A stretch of DNA of 63,786 nt, counting the filler, from Candidatus Woesearchaeota archaeon (GTDB lineage Archaea > Nanobdellota > Nanobdellia > SCGC-AAA011-G17 > CAYFGV01): assembly GCA_964342845.1 (NCBI GenBank). It is 3 parts of 3 records of this genome, joined end to end, with 100 filler letters (N's around TTAATTAATTAA, not from the genome) between each part and the next. Parts side by side here need not be neighbours in the genome. Positions count along the whole stretch, not along the records: positions 28,625 to 53,108 come from CAYFGV010000008.1; positions 53,209 to 63,786 come from CAYFGV010000020.1; 1 more part is not named here. One strand, written 5' to 3'. Positions 46,405 through 56,766 of this stretch are shown one piece after another. The stretch's first letter is position 1, and each line of letters opens with the position of its first letter. A program made the position numbers and the translations under genes. The notes below the pieces were generated by a model. That model was not told the DNA's origin. It was given only the letters and a program-made list of their open reading frames with translations, and ran no database searches.

Positions 46405-46929
46405 ATGAAAAATAAAACTAAACTAGTATTATTCACAATTCTTATTATATTTACATTAGCACTTTTCAAAACAGACATAAACAATTTCTTAACTTCATTT
46501 GTAACAAAAGAAGAGCCTGCTTATAATATTGATCTAGCTATCCCTTCAGAATATAAGGAAATAACTAATAATCAAGAACTTTTAACAACAACAACTGTCC
46601 AAAAACTAGAAAACACAGGCAGGCTAGATATATTATTAAATTATCAAATATTAAAAGATGACGAAATACTTATAGAAAAATCTGAAACTGTTGCTATAGA
46701 GACCCAATTTGGATTTGTAAGATATTTTGAAGTAGATGACTTAGAACTTGGTAATTATCAAATTAAAGTAATTTTAAATAACGGGGCTTCATCAACAAAT
46801 TCTTTTAGAATAGTGGAAACACAAGAATCTCCTGAAAATAATTACGTTATAATTGCTTTAGTTTTAATAATTTTAGTTCTGGTGTCTATAATTGCTATAT
46901 TAAAAAGCAAAAAAACAAAAAGATTATAA
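46405..46929 (+). CDS. Membrane protein with one Ig-like domain
   Basis: N- and C-terminal TM. The domain resembles the C-terminal domain of the next gene. Confidence 0.8.
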   Translation: MKNKTKLVLFTILIIFTLALFKTDINNFLTSFVTKEEPAYNIDLAIPSEYKEITNNQELLTTTTVQKLENTGRLDILLNYQILKDDEILIEKSETVAIETQFGFVRYFEVDDLELGNYQIKVILNNGASSTNSFRIVETQESPENNYVIIALVLIILVLVSIIAILKSKKTKRL

Positions 46930-46971
46930 ATTATCCTTTAATAATTAACAATATATAAAAAAGAGGCAAAA

Positions 46972-49862
46972 ATGAGAAGATTATTATTAGTTTCACTAGT
47001 TATGTTTTTATTAATTATAACAGCATCTGCTTTGGATATAAATTATTATGATTTAGATTCAGATATAACTACAGAGTGGGATGAGGGGACAGGTGTGACT
47101 TATTTAGAGATAGATAACCAAATAAGACAACCAAATAATAATACAGATGATTATATAGCTTCAAGAGCAAATGATCATGATGAGTCAGAATTTGGATTTA
47201 CACCATTTTTAGGAACTCCTTCATATGTAACATATGGGTTTATACAGAAACAGGTTCAAATGCAGAATATTCTTTTAAATTACAAAGAGCAGGTGAAGAT
47301 GTATGTGAAGTAGAAGTAGCAAAAGCAACATCGGTAGGCTGGCAATCTTGTAACTTAACTTCTCCTTCAGGAAATACATTTCCTTTAACTGTAGAGTTTA
47401 GTGAGTGTGATAAAAATGGTGGAGGGTCTCCAGAAGATTGTTATGTTTATCAAACATATCTTGAAGTGGAAGGAGATACTTCTTTGGATAATCCTCCCTA
47501 CTGGTCAAGTGGCCAGACAAATACGCCTTCTATTTATTCATCTGAAGAAGATTCTGAATTTGAGATAGATTGGGAAGATGACGATGAGGTGTCAGTAGTT
47601 TTATTTGAATCAAATTTCTCTGGAACGCCAATAAATTATTCAATGGTAAAAGAAAGCGGAGATACTTATACTTACTCAAAAGTTCTTCCAGCAGGATCTT
47701 TTTATTGGAGAACATATGCTAATGATTCTATAAATAGATGGAATAATTCAGACCTTAATTATTTTACAATTAATAAGGCAACACCAACAGGATCATTGGT
47801 TAATTCAGACTCCTGGACAATCACATATCCAACAGAAATCACAATCTCTTATGAAGAGGAAAATTCAGGAGATTCTGATCTAACTTATAAGATATACAGA
47901 GATGGAGTAGACAAGAATACTGGAGAAACGATAACTCTAAACGCAGGAACATATGCATATATATTAAATGCAACAGAAGGGCAAAATTATACAAATCCTG
48001 AAATGGACTCTCAAACATTAACTGTACAACAAAACACATCAAACACTTGCACTTTAGAATCATCAAACGGATGGAATTTTACGTATGGAGGCTCAACAAA
48101 CTTAACATGTAATTGTCAAGGGGATGGAACAACAAATTTATACTTTAACAATGATCTACACAACGAATATAATAATACAGGAAAAACATTTCCAGCATAT
48201 CCAAGCGGAGTTTCAGTAGTTTGTAATATAACTAATGGAACAAACTATGGACCAGCAGAAACATTAGATACATTAACAATTGAAAAAGCAAACACAACAA
48301 CAAATCTATACTTAAATGGAAACCAAAACAACCTAACTCTAACTTATCCAGAAACAATTAATGCAACAGCAACAACGAACACAGGAACAGTAACTCTTTA
48401 CAGAGATGGAATAGAAGTTTCAAATCCAGAAATAGAAACCTTAGCAGCTAACACATACAACTATACAACAATCAATCCTGGAAATGAAAACTATACAAGT
48501 TCTTCACAAACCTTTTTCTTAACAATAAATAAAGCAGAATCCTCTCTAACACTAACCGCAAATCCTTCTTGGAATGAAACATATAGAGTAGAAACAAATG
48601 TAAGTTGCTCAGCAAACAACCAAGAGGTTTCACCAGTGTTATATAGAGATAATACAGAAGTAAGTATTCCAGACATACAAACATTAATACCAGATAGATA
48701 CAATTATACTTGTAACATAACAGAAACACAAAATTATTCTTCGATAACAACATCAAACTTATTAAATATCTATAAAGCAGCTTCAGAAATAACTCTTCTT
48801 TTAAACGGTAATCAATCAAACCTAACAACTTATACAAATACGCCAATAAACATTTCAGCAAATTTAACTTTAGGAGCAGGAAGACTACAAGTATATATTA
48901 ATCATACTTTAGTCTATAACGCATCTCCTCCTTCTGAAAATACAACTCTCTTCAACAGAACAGGCCTATATAATATTACTGCAAAAAATAAAGAAACAGG
49001 AACTTATACAGCAACATCAGAAACATTCTGGATAAATGTGACAGAAGAACCAGATACTGTTCCTCCAACAATAAACTTGACATATCCTGCAAACAACTCA
49101 ATTATGGAACAAAATACAATAACATTTTTTTATAATGTTACAGACCAAAATAACATAACAAATTGCTCGTTGATATTAAATAATGAAATAGAAGAAACAC
49201 AAAACACCATAGAATCATTTAGTACCAACATAAATAATGGAGAATATAATTGGTCAATAAACTGTACTGATTATTATAATAATACAAATAGTTCTGAAAG
49301 TTATATTTTGACTGTAGACTATCAAGAAGAAACTCTTAATCAATATTCGTCAGGTGGTGGTGGAAGTTACTATGTTGAAGAAATAGAAAATCAAACAAAT
49401 ACAACACAAGAAAAATTAGTATTATTCGACCTAAAAGCAGACATAGACCAAATAATAAATAATAGACTAGTAACTAAAATATCTTTAATAAATTTTGGAG
49501 ATCCAGGAATAGTAGAAGTTCTTATGGACTATGTAATTAAAGATATTAATGAGAATATAATATATACTGAACAAGAAACAATTTCTATAGATACGCAACT
49601 AGAGTACTTAAAAGAATTTGATGTAGATTTGCAACCAGGAGAGTATAGATTAAGCACGATAATATACTATGGAGACAATCAAACAGCTTCATCTGAAACA
49701 ACATTTGAAATAGAACAAGAGCTTAGCCCAACTAGCTTAGTACTCTCGACAAGCAGCACGATAACATTAGTTTCATTAATACTTTTAATATTAATAATCA
49801 TCCTATATCCAAATGTAAAAAGACCCAGAAGACAAAATACTTTTATAGCCAAAAAAAAGTAA
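46972..49862 (+). pseudogene. Large glycoprotein-like surface protein with Ig-like repeats, frameshifted at ~47233
   Basis: The signal-peptide ORF reads ..TPSYVT. The -1 frame (TGG at 47235) is open from WVYTETGSNAEYSF.. into the 47466-49862 ORF. Repeats LYRDG..TL..YNYT..NY. Confidence 0.8.
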
Positions 49863-49871
49863 CTTTATAAA
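49852..49871. repeat. Direct repeat copy 1 (AAAAAAAGTAACTTTATAAA): upstream gene stop plus TATA box
   Basis: Identical 20-mer at 50917-50936, with further degenerate similarity on both sides. Confidence 0.75.
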
Positions 49872-49894
49872 GACTAAGATTAAAAATTGACACT

Positions 49895-50899
49895 ATGAAA
49901 AAGATTGTTTATTTAATTGTAGTATTATTTTTAGTTACTGGTTGTAGTGATTTAAGTCAACAATCAGAAGATATTCCTAGAGGAACAGCAGACCCAGACT
50001 TTGAAGTAACAATATACAACTCAGACTTAGCATATAACGGTCTAACCATATTACCAGACAATCACATTTCAGACAGTCCAAGAGTAATTGAAATAAATAT
50101 GTTAGGAGAAATTACATGGGAGTATGTGTTACCTGATGATTTAAAAGCATACACAAATCCTGGATTTGATGTAGAATTATTAGAAGATAATAGCATTCTG
50201 CTTGTACTTCCCCGTTATGGTATTGTAGAAATAGATCGTGAGGGAACTATTGTTTGGACACATTTAGATGAGAAAATATCCCATGACGTAGATAGATTAG
50301 AAAATGGAAATACACTATATGTCTTCGGGAGTAATGATGAAAAATCAGACCCCCAAGTAAAGGAAATAAACCCAGAAGGAGAGATTGTTTGGGAATGGTA
50401 TGCAGAAAATCATTTTAATAGTGATGAATATAGTAACATCTACAATGAGGGATGGACCCATACAAATGCAGTTGTAAGGCTAGAAAATAATAACACACTA
50501 ATCAGTCCAAGAAACTTCAACCTACTAGTAGAAGTAGATCAAAAAGGAAATATAGTAAATATCATAGGAGAAGATTACCTAATAGAAGCTCACGATCCTT
50601 CAATCATAGAAAATGGAAATATACTCGTTGCAACACACACAACACCACAAGCAGCAGTTGAAATCAATATAGAAACAGATGAAGTTATTTGGGAGTTTGA
50701 AATGCCAAGAGATACACACCCAACAAGAGACGCTAACCAACTACCAAACGGAAATATTCTAATAACAGGATCAACAATGATTGTTGAAGTAACCCCAGAT
50801 AAAGAAATAGTCTGGCAATTTATAATTAAAGATGGAATCAGTCCACCAACCCCTGCATCAGCAGCAGGTTTCTATAAAGCAGAAAGAATTGAAGCTTAA
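49895..50899 (+). CDS. Lipoprotein, arylsulfotransferase (ASST)-like beta-propeller
   Basis: LVTGC lipobox, repeated E.D..G.IVW, SHDV, WTHTNAV, HDP, RDANQLPNGN, YKAER. Confidence 0.82.
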   Translation: MKKIVYLIVVLFLVTGCSDLSQQSEDIPRGTADPDFEVTIYNSDLAYNGLTILPDNHISDSPRVIEINMLGEITWEYVLPDDLKAYTNPGFDVELLEDNSILLVLPRYGIVEIDREGTIVWTHLDEKISHDVDRLENGNTLYVFGSNDEKSDPQVKEINPEGEIVWEWYAENHFNSDEYSNIYNEGWTHTNAVVRLENNNTLISPRNFNLLVEVDQKGNIVNIIGEDYLIEAHDPSIIENGNILVATHTTPQAAVEINIETDEVIWEFEMPRDTHPTRDANQLPNGNILITGSTMIVEVTPDKEIVWQFIIKDGISPPTPASAAGFYKAERIEA

Positions 50900-50959
50900 T
50901 AACACTTTACAATCCTAAAAAAAGTAACTTTATAAACTTAATTAAAAATAATTTAGACA

Positions 50960-51940
50960 ATGATAAAAATAATTACAGTAATAGTGTTCTTGTTATTCTT
51001 AACAACAGGATGTATGCCAATAGATTTGGATTATCCAGATTTAACTATAGACAGTAGTCAAGATAAATTCCCTTATTTCATCAGGATGGATAACACTTGT
51101 GACATATATAGGTATGTTGGTTTAGAAGACATAGATTCAGAATTTGAAACCAAAAACTGGAATCACTATCTTATTGAAACCACAAAAGACAATGTTAGTC
51201 TAATGAAACAAGATCCTTGTTTTAAGGAAGTTTTTACACCAAAAGAATTTAAGAAATTTGTAGAACAATTAGATCCAGAGCTTCAAAATAAGGTTTTGAA
51301 AGTAATCGAAGAATTAGACATTGAGAAAACTCTAAAATATGTAGATGTAACAAGTAAAGAAAACATAGATGAAATAATTTCTGATTATCAGCTTTTTGTA
51401 GATCCGGATTCACCTGCAGTTCAAGAACTAGCAAAAACAATAAGCACAAAAAAACAAGCTTATGAAGAAGCAGTCTCCTGGATGTGGGTCTCTGAAGAAA
51501 CACTAAATAATCAGGCAGAATTATGGCTTTCTCCAGAAGAGTTTTTAACACAAACACCTTATTTTTCAACAAATCCAGTCCAAGGAACAATAGCATCAGA
51601 CTGTTCAGAACAAGCCAACACATTAGTTTCATTAATGAGAGCAATAGGAGTTTCCTCTAAAGAAGTTAGAGTAGTCTTAGGACAAGTAGACTTCGGAGGG
51701 ACTATTGGTGGACATGCATGGGTAGAAGTTTATGAAGATGGAGAATGGTTTGCTTTAGAAGCCACCTCAGGATCATACTATGATGATGCTCAACAAAAAT
51801 ATTATTACAGTCCAGGCATAAGTTACAACTATTATAAGTTTTTTGAATACCCTGTAGTAGAAAAATGGTATTATTATAATGATGTTTATTTCTATGATAT
51901 AGAGAAGAATAAAGGGTATGCTCCTAGTAGTTGGGTTTAA
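50960..51940 (+). CDS. Lipoprotein with transglutaminase-like domain
   Basis: LTTGC lipobox, SDCSEQA, GHAWVEV, LEAT. Confidence 0.85.
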   Translation: MIKIITVIVFLLFLTTGCMPIDLDYPDLTIDSSQDKFPYFIRMDNTCDIYRYVGLEDIDSEFETKNWNHYLIETTKDNVSLMKQDPCFKEVFTPKEFKKFVEQLDPELQNKVLKVIEELDIEKTLKYVDVTSKENIDEIISDYQLFVDPDSPAVQELAKTISTKKQAYEEAVSWMWVSEETLNNQAELWLSPEEFLTQTPYFSTNPVQGTIASDCSEQANTLVSLMRAIGVSSKEVRVVLGQVDFGGTIGGHAWVEVYEDGEWFALEATSGSYYDDAQQKYYYSPGISYNYYKFFEYPVVEKWYYYNDVYFYDIEKNKGYAPSSWV

Positions 51941-51984
51941 ATAGAAAGGTTTAAATAGGAATGTTTTAGCTTTTTTGTTTGAAG

Positions 51985-52647
51985 ATGGGAAAGGAAACTG
52001 TCGATTTAATGATTGAAGGAGGAAAAGCTGTTGCTGGACCAGTGATGGGTCAGAGAATGGGCCCGTTAGGTGTTAATATTCAGGAAATCCTTGGAGAAAT
52101 TAATAAAAAAACAGCTGATTTTAAGGGTATAAAGGTTCCTGTTAAAGTTATTGTTGATACTGAGACAAAGGAATTTGATATTGAAGTCGGAACTCCTCCT
52201 GCTTCTGAATTAATTAAAAAAGAGATTAATTTGCAAAAAGGAAGTGGTCTTGCTCATGTTGACAAAGTTGCTAATTTAGCTATGGGACAGATTGTTAGAA
52301 TAGCTAAGATGAAGCAAGATTCTTTATTAGATAGGAGTTTTAAAGCTGTTATTAAGACTGTTATTGGTTCTTGTGGAAGTTTGGGAATCTTGATTGAAGG
52401 TAAAGAACCTAAAGAGATTGGCGAAGATATTGATTCTGGAAAATATGACGCCATTATTAACGAAGGTAAAACAGAGGTAAGCGACGAGAAGCTGAAAGAA
52501 CTTAAAGAAGAACTAGAAATTGTTAAAGAGAGGTTAGTAAAGGAAAGAGGAATACCTGTTAAGAAAGAAGAGAAGAAAGAAGGGGAAGGAGAAGAGGAAG
52601 AGAAGAAAGAGGAAGTAAAAGAAGAGAAGAAAGAAGAAAAAAAGTAG
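51985..52647 (+). CDS. rpl11: 50S ribosomal protein L11 with charged C-terminal extension
   Basis: GGKAVAGP..GPLGVN..INKKT..VGTPPASELIKKE. Start at ATG 51985. Confidence 0.96.
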   Translation: MGKETVDLMIEGGKAVAGPVMGQRMGPLGVNIQEILGEINKKTADFKGIKVPVKVIVDTETKEFDIEVGTPPASELIKKEINLQKGSGLAHVDKVANLAMGQIVRIAKMKQDSLLDRSFKAVIKTVIGSCGSLGILIEGKEPKEIGEDIDSGKYDAIINEGKTEVSDEKLKELKEELEIVKERLVKERGIPVKKEEKKEGEGEEEEKKEEVKEEKKEEKK

Positions 52648-52722
52648 TTTTCTGCGTTTTTAATTTTTATTTTTAATATACCAACAAATTTATAAAGGAG
52701 ATTGGCTGGCTAAAATGATATA

Positions 52723-52814
52723 GGGGCTATAGTCCAGCTTGGTCTAAGATTCGAGCTTTGGGTCCTTTAAAGGCAAAACAGCTTGCGACCGCGGTTCAAA
52801 TCCGCGTAGCCCCA
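52723..52814 (+). tRNA. tRNA-Pro(TGG) with 17-nt intron at 37/38 (52763-52779)
   Basis: GGGGCTA/TAGCCCC-A acceptor, CGAGC-TTTGGG[TCCTTTAAAGGCAAAAC]A-GCTTG with a canonical BHB. Confidence 0.93.
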
Positions 52815-52871
52815 TTTTTCGTTTAACCAAAAACCTTTTAAAATACAAGAAAATCATTAAATCACCTAAAA

Positions 52872-53090
52872 ATGGGAAGAACAAAGAAAGCGGGAAGTGC
52901 TGGAAGATTCGGTTCTAGATATGGTAGAACTATTAGGAAAAAAGTAAATTTAATAGAATCAAGACTAAGAAAATGGCATTTGTGTCCTAATTGTAATAGA
53001 AAGAGAGTAAAAAGGGTAGCTGCAGGAATATGGCAGTGTAGAAAATGCGAGTATAAATTTGCTGGAAAAGCTTATACTCCAGGAGAATAA
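52872..53090 (+). CDS. rpl37ae: 50S ribosomal protein L37ae
   Basis: [26 protein letters not shown]. Confidence 0.97.
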   Translation: MGRTKKAGSAGRFGSRYGRTIRKKVNLIESRLRKWHLCPNCNRKRVKRVAAGIWQCRKCEYKFAGKAYTPGE

Positions 53091-53091
53091 G

Positions 53092-53108
53092 ATGGCTATG
53101 TATAAATG
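53092..53108 (+). CDS. rpoP: Probable start of RNA polymerase subunit Rpo12/P (cut by gap)
   Basis: MAMYKC immediately after rpl37ae, the conserved archaeal gene order. Only about 6 codons are visible. Confidence 0.6.
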
Positions 53109-53208
53109 NNNNNNNNNNNNNNNNNNNNNNNNNNNNNNNNNNNNNNNNNNNNTTAATTAATTAANNNNNNNNNNNNNNNNNNNNNNNNNNNNNNNNNNNN
53201 NNNNNNNN
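53109..53208. other. Assembly gap with artificial TTAATTAATTAA linker
   Basis: Same 44N-12-44N structure as 28525-28624. Confidence 0.95.
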
Positions 53209-53330
53209 TTTGTGTTATGTGTAGAAAAGAAGATTTTGTTTTGGGTTTGGCTAAAGGTTTTAAGTTGGTTAAGAAAGGGAAGATTTTAATAGGAGATAGC
53301 GAGTATAGTTTGTTGTTGTTTAAGGTTTAG
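53209..53330 (+). CDS. 3' fragment of an unidentified gene (5' part in gap)
   Basis: Open frame CVMCRKEDFVLGLAKGFKLVKKGKILIGDSEYSLLLFKV* ending in TAG at 53330. Confidence 0.5.
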
Positions 53331-53792
53331 TTATTCTTTAGTTTTACTGAAATATTTTTTATTTAGATAATGTAAATTTCCTTTCCTACAAGCAGGAGAA
53401 ACGTGTTTAAATTTGCCTTCTAAAATAGAAGAGGTATATGTCTCTTCTGATTTTCCGGTAATTTTTCTTTCTTGGTATCTAAGAAAATCTTCAATTGAAT
53501 TGTAAGGGGTCATTTCGCTAGTTAATTTATTTCTTTCATCCTTTAAATTTTCAATTTTTATTCTTAAACAACCTATTGACACCCCTGCACCAACCGGATT
53601 AAATCTTTTAAACAGGGAATTTCCCTCAAGATCATCTAAAACTCCTATAGTTTGTTTTATAGATTCCTCGTATTTAAGTATTTCATCTAAGATATTTACT
53701 ATCGTTTTTACCTGTATTGATTGCTTTCTTCTTTCTCCTTTATATTGCTGATATGTTTCAAGCAATCTTTTAAATAATTCTCTCTGTTCCAT
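53331..53792 (-). CDS. Hypothetical protein
   Basis: 153-aa ORF, coiled-coil-like, no recognisable motif. Confidence 0.6.
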   Translation of the reverse strand: MEQRELFKRLLETYQQYKGERRKQSIQVKTIVNILDEILKYEESIKQTIGVLDDLEGNSLFKRFNPVGAGVSIGCLRIKIENLKDERNKLTSEMTPYNSIEDFLRYQERKITGKSEETYTSSILEGKFKHVSPACRKGNLHYLNKKYFSKTKE

Positions 53793-53912
53793 TTTCTTTC
53801 TAATTACCTTTAGGTAGTTAATATAGTTAATAATGATTATTATTTATAACTTTTTATTATATTTTAGGATAAAAAGGTAATATTTATAAACTAAAAGGAT
53901 TAATATATTAAT

Positions 53913-54881
53913 ATGCTGTATAAATTAGATAAAAAAGACAAAAAATTAATTTATGAATTAGATTTGAATAGTCGGAGAACATTAAGTAAAATTGGTAAAA
54001 AGGTAGGACTTACAAAAAATTCAGTTATGTACAGGATTGAAAACCTAAAGAAACAAGGAGTAATAAAAAATTTCCATACAATCTTAGATGTAGGAAAATT
54101 AGGTTATATTAGTTTTCGTTTATACCTTGATTTGCAAGGAGTTACTAAGAAGAAAGAAAATGAGATACTTAACTATCTAAAAGACCAAAGAATAATAACC
54201 TGGATTGTTTCAGTAGATGGAGAATATGATTTAGCTATGTTATTATTAGTGAAGGATATTAAAGAATTGACTTCTTTTTGGAATAAACTCTTTAATAAAT
54301 ATCTTAATTATATCAATAGACGTTCTCTTGTAGTTATGAATTCCAGTTATTACTATTCTCGAGCTTATCTTTTAGATTTAAAGAAAAATGATTATGGAAT
54401 TCGGTTTATTTCTGAACCAGATGAAACTATTGTTGATAAAGCAGATTTGAAAATTTTGGAGTTTTTGGCTCCGAATTCAGATATCTCTATTATTGAACTT
54501 TCTAGGAAAACAAAACTTAATCCTAAGACTGTTATTTCAAGGATTAAAAAGATGGAAAAAGAAAAAGTTATTTTGGGTTATAAGGCGGTTTTAGATCTAG
54601 ATAAATTAGGGTATCAATACTACAAGATCCAATTTAGGTTGCATAATTTAAAAAAAGGGGACTTGGAAAAATTAAAAAGTTATGTTTTTTTACATCCAAA
54701 TATTGTTTACAGAAATGAAATTTTAGGAGGTGATGATTTGGATATTGAGGTACAAGTGAGGGATGTTTCTGATTTGAGAAATCTTTTAGAGGAAATGAAA
54801 GAAAAATTTGGTGAAGTAATCTATGATTATAATTTTCTTCACTATTACAAGGAACATAAATTTCTTTTGATGCCTGTGTAG
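53913..54881 (+). CDS. Tandem Lrp/AsnC transcriptional regulator
   Basis: Two units of LD.KD.KI..L..N.......I......V..RI..L...GVI, each followed by an effector domain. Confidence 0.92.
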   Translation: MLYKLDKKDKKLIYELDLNSRRTLSKIGKKVGLTKNSVMYRIENLKKQGVIKNFHTILDVGKLGYISFRLYLDLQGVTKKKENEILNYLKDQRIITWIVSVDGEYDLAMLLLVKDIKELTSFWNKLFNKYLNYINRRSLVVMNSSYYYSRAYLLDLKKNDYGIRFISEPDETIVDKADLKILEFLAPNSDISIIELSRKTKLNPKTVISRIKKMEKEKVILGYKAVLDLDKLGYQYYKIQFRLHNLKKGDLEKLKSYVFLHPNIVYRNEILGGDDLDIEVQVRDVSDLRNLLEEMKEKFGEVIYDYNFLHYYKEHKFLLMPV

Positions 54882-54942
54882 AATCTTTTTTTTAGAAAAA
54901 GAAAATCTTTATAAAACTAAGAGATTCTGTTATATTATTAAA

Positions 54943-56418
54943 ATGAAAAAAGACAATGTCTTAGTTAAACAAAGAAAAGAGAATTTAAAAAGATTAAGAG
55001 AAATGGGAGTTAATCCTTATCCTTATAATTTTAATAGAAAGCATTACGCTGATCAGGTTTTAAGTGAAAATAGCAAACTAAAAACAGGTCAAAGCAAAAA
55101 TAATAAATATTGTTTAGCTGGGCGGCTTATGACTGTAAGAGGGATGGGTAAGGCTAGTTTTGGACATATTCAAGATTCTAGTGGTAAATTACAAATATAT
55201 TTAAGGGAAGATGGGGTAGGTAAAAAGAGCTATGAAATCTTTTCTAAGTTAATTGATATTGGAGATATTGTTGGTGTAGAAGGTAATGTGTTTAAAACTA
55301 AGAAGGGAGAGGTTACAATTAATGTTAAGAAGTTTAATCTGTTGTCTAAAGCAATGATGCCTTTGCCTGAAAAGTGGCATGGTTTAAAAGATATTGAATT
55401 AAGGTATAGAAAAAGATATGTTGATCTTATTGTTAATCCGAAAGTTAAAGAAGCTTTTATAGTTAGAAGTAAGCTAATTAACGCTATTAGGGAATTCTTA
55501 TTAAAAAGGGATTATATTGAAGTAGAGACTCCTATCTTACAACCGATTTATGGGGGTGGTTTTGCGCGACCATTTGTAACACATCATAAAGAGCTTGATA
55601 TGAAGATGTATTTGAGAATTTCTGATGAAATGTATTTAAAAAGATTGATTGTTGGCGGATTTGATAGAGTATTTGAGTTTTCAACTGATTTTAGAAATGA
55701 AGGTATTGATACAACACATAATCCAGAATTTTTGCAAGTTGAAATGATGACAGCTTATTCTGATTACAGAGATGGAATGAAGTTGATTGAAGATGTTATT
55801 GCGTATTCTACGAAAAAGACTTTAGGTACAACAAAAGTGGTTTTTCAAGGAAAAAAATATGACTTAGGTAAGTGGGAAAAATTGTCAATGGTTGAGTCTA
55901 TTAAAAAGTATATTAAGATTAATGTTGAAAAGATGGATATTAAGAAATTAAAAGCCTTTGCTGTTGGGAAGAAAGTTGATTTATCAAAGGGAACAAGCAG
56001 GGGAGAGATAATTAATGCTATTTTTGAAGATATTATTCAAGCAAAGTTAATTCGACCTACAATTATTTATGATTATCCTATTGAAGTAAGTGCTCTTTCA
56101 AAAGAATGTAGAGATAAACCTGGTTATACAGAAAGATTTGAGATGTTTATAAACGGAGTAGAATATGGAAATAATTATACAGAATTGACAGATCCTGAAG
56201 TTATTGAAAAAAGATTTAGAGAAGAGCTTAAGCGTGGGAAAAAAGGAGATGGAGAAGCACATCCGATGGATGAAGACTTTTTACTTGCAATGAAACACGG
56301 TATGCCTCCAACAGGAGGTACAGCTATTGGGATTGATAGGTTAGTTATGTTGTTAACAGATTCTCCAAGTATTAGAGATGTTATTTTGTTTCCTGTTTTG
56401 AAGAGTTTTAAGAAGTAA
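54943..56418 (+). CDS. lysS: Lysine--tRNA ligase, class II (bacterial-like)
   Basis: RGMGKASF, LPEKWHGL, RYRKRYVDL, FRNEGID..HNPEF, GMPPTGG..GIDRL. Confidence 0.97.
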   Translation: MKKDNVLVKQRKENLKRLREMGVNPYPYNFNRKHYADQVLSENSKLKTGQSKNNKYCLAGRLMTVRGMGKASFGHIQDSSGKLQIYLREDGVGKKSYEIFSKLIDIGDIVGVEGNVFKTKKGEVTINVKKFNLLSKAMMPLPEKWHGLKDIELRYRKRYVDLIVNPKVKEAFIVRSKLINAIREFLLKRDYIEVETPILQPIYGGGFARPFVTHHKELDMKMYLRISDEMYLKRLIVGGFDRVFEFSTDFRNEGIDTTHNPEFLQVEMMTAYSDYRDGMKLIEDVIAYSTKKTLGTTKVVFQGKKYDLGKWEKLSMVESIKKYIKINVEKMDIKKLKAFAVGKKVDLSKGTSRGEIINAIFEDIIQAKLIRPTIIYDYPIEVSALSKECRDKPGYTERFEMFINGVEYGNNYTELTDPEVIEKRFREELKRGKKGDGEAHPMDEDFLLAMKHGMPPTGGTAIGIDRLVMLLTDSPSIRDVILFPVLKSFKK

Positions 56419-56435
56419 ATTGTTTTCTGGTGTTT
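56414..56435. repeat. Direct repeat copy 1 (AGTAAATTGTTTTCTGGTGTTT) spanning the lysS stop codon
   Basis: Identical 22-mer at 57111-57132. Confidence 0.9.
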
Positions 56436-56458
56436 GAGAAGTTGAAATAGAAAGTTTT

Positions 56459-56476
56459 ATATATCAATTGATATAT
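56459..56476. promoter_or_regulatory. Perfect 18-bp palindrome overlapping the TATA box of the TA operon (putative operator)
   Basis: ATATATCAATTGATATAT following GAAAGTTTT. Confidence 0.7.
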
Positions 56477-56484
56477 TGATAATT

Positions 56485-56766
56485 ATGCAACAAATAAAAC
56501 ATATGGAAAATCCTTTTACAAGGTCTCCAACACTTGATACTGTTCTTATGGTAGAGAGAACTATAGAAAAAAATAGCGGAGAATTTAATAGAACTAGTTT
56601 GTGGAAAAACTTACCAAAGAAAGTGATGTGGCAAACTTTTTTAGTAATATTAGATTATTTAGAAAGTATAAATAAAATAGCTTTTGATAGAGAAGGAAAA
56701 ATAGCTTACATCTGGAATCCTGTCTTAGCAAGGAGATTATCAAGAAGGCAAGAGGTTAAAATATGA
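56485..56766 (+). CDS. Putative antitoxin (wHTH-like)
   Basis: SPTLDTVLMVE..LWKNLPKKVMWQTF..LDYLE..KI..YIWNP. ATGA-coupled to the RelE-like gene. Confidence 0.8.
   Translation: MQQIKHMENPFTRSPTLDTVLMVERTIEKNSGEFNRTSLWKNLPKKVMWQTFLVILDYLESINKIAFDREGKIAYIWNPVLARRLSRRQEVKI

Noticed and set aside
53860..54930. Similar sequences upstream of the Lrp gene and lysS as a fourth cassette repeat
   Set aside because: The similarity is gapped and mostly BRE/TATA consensus, so it is too weak.
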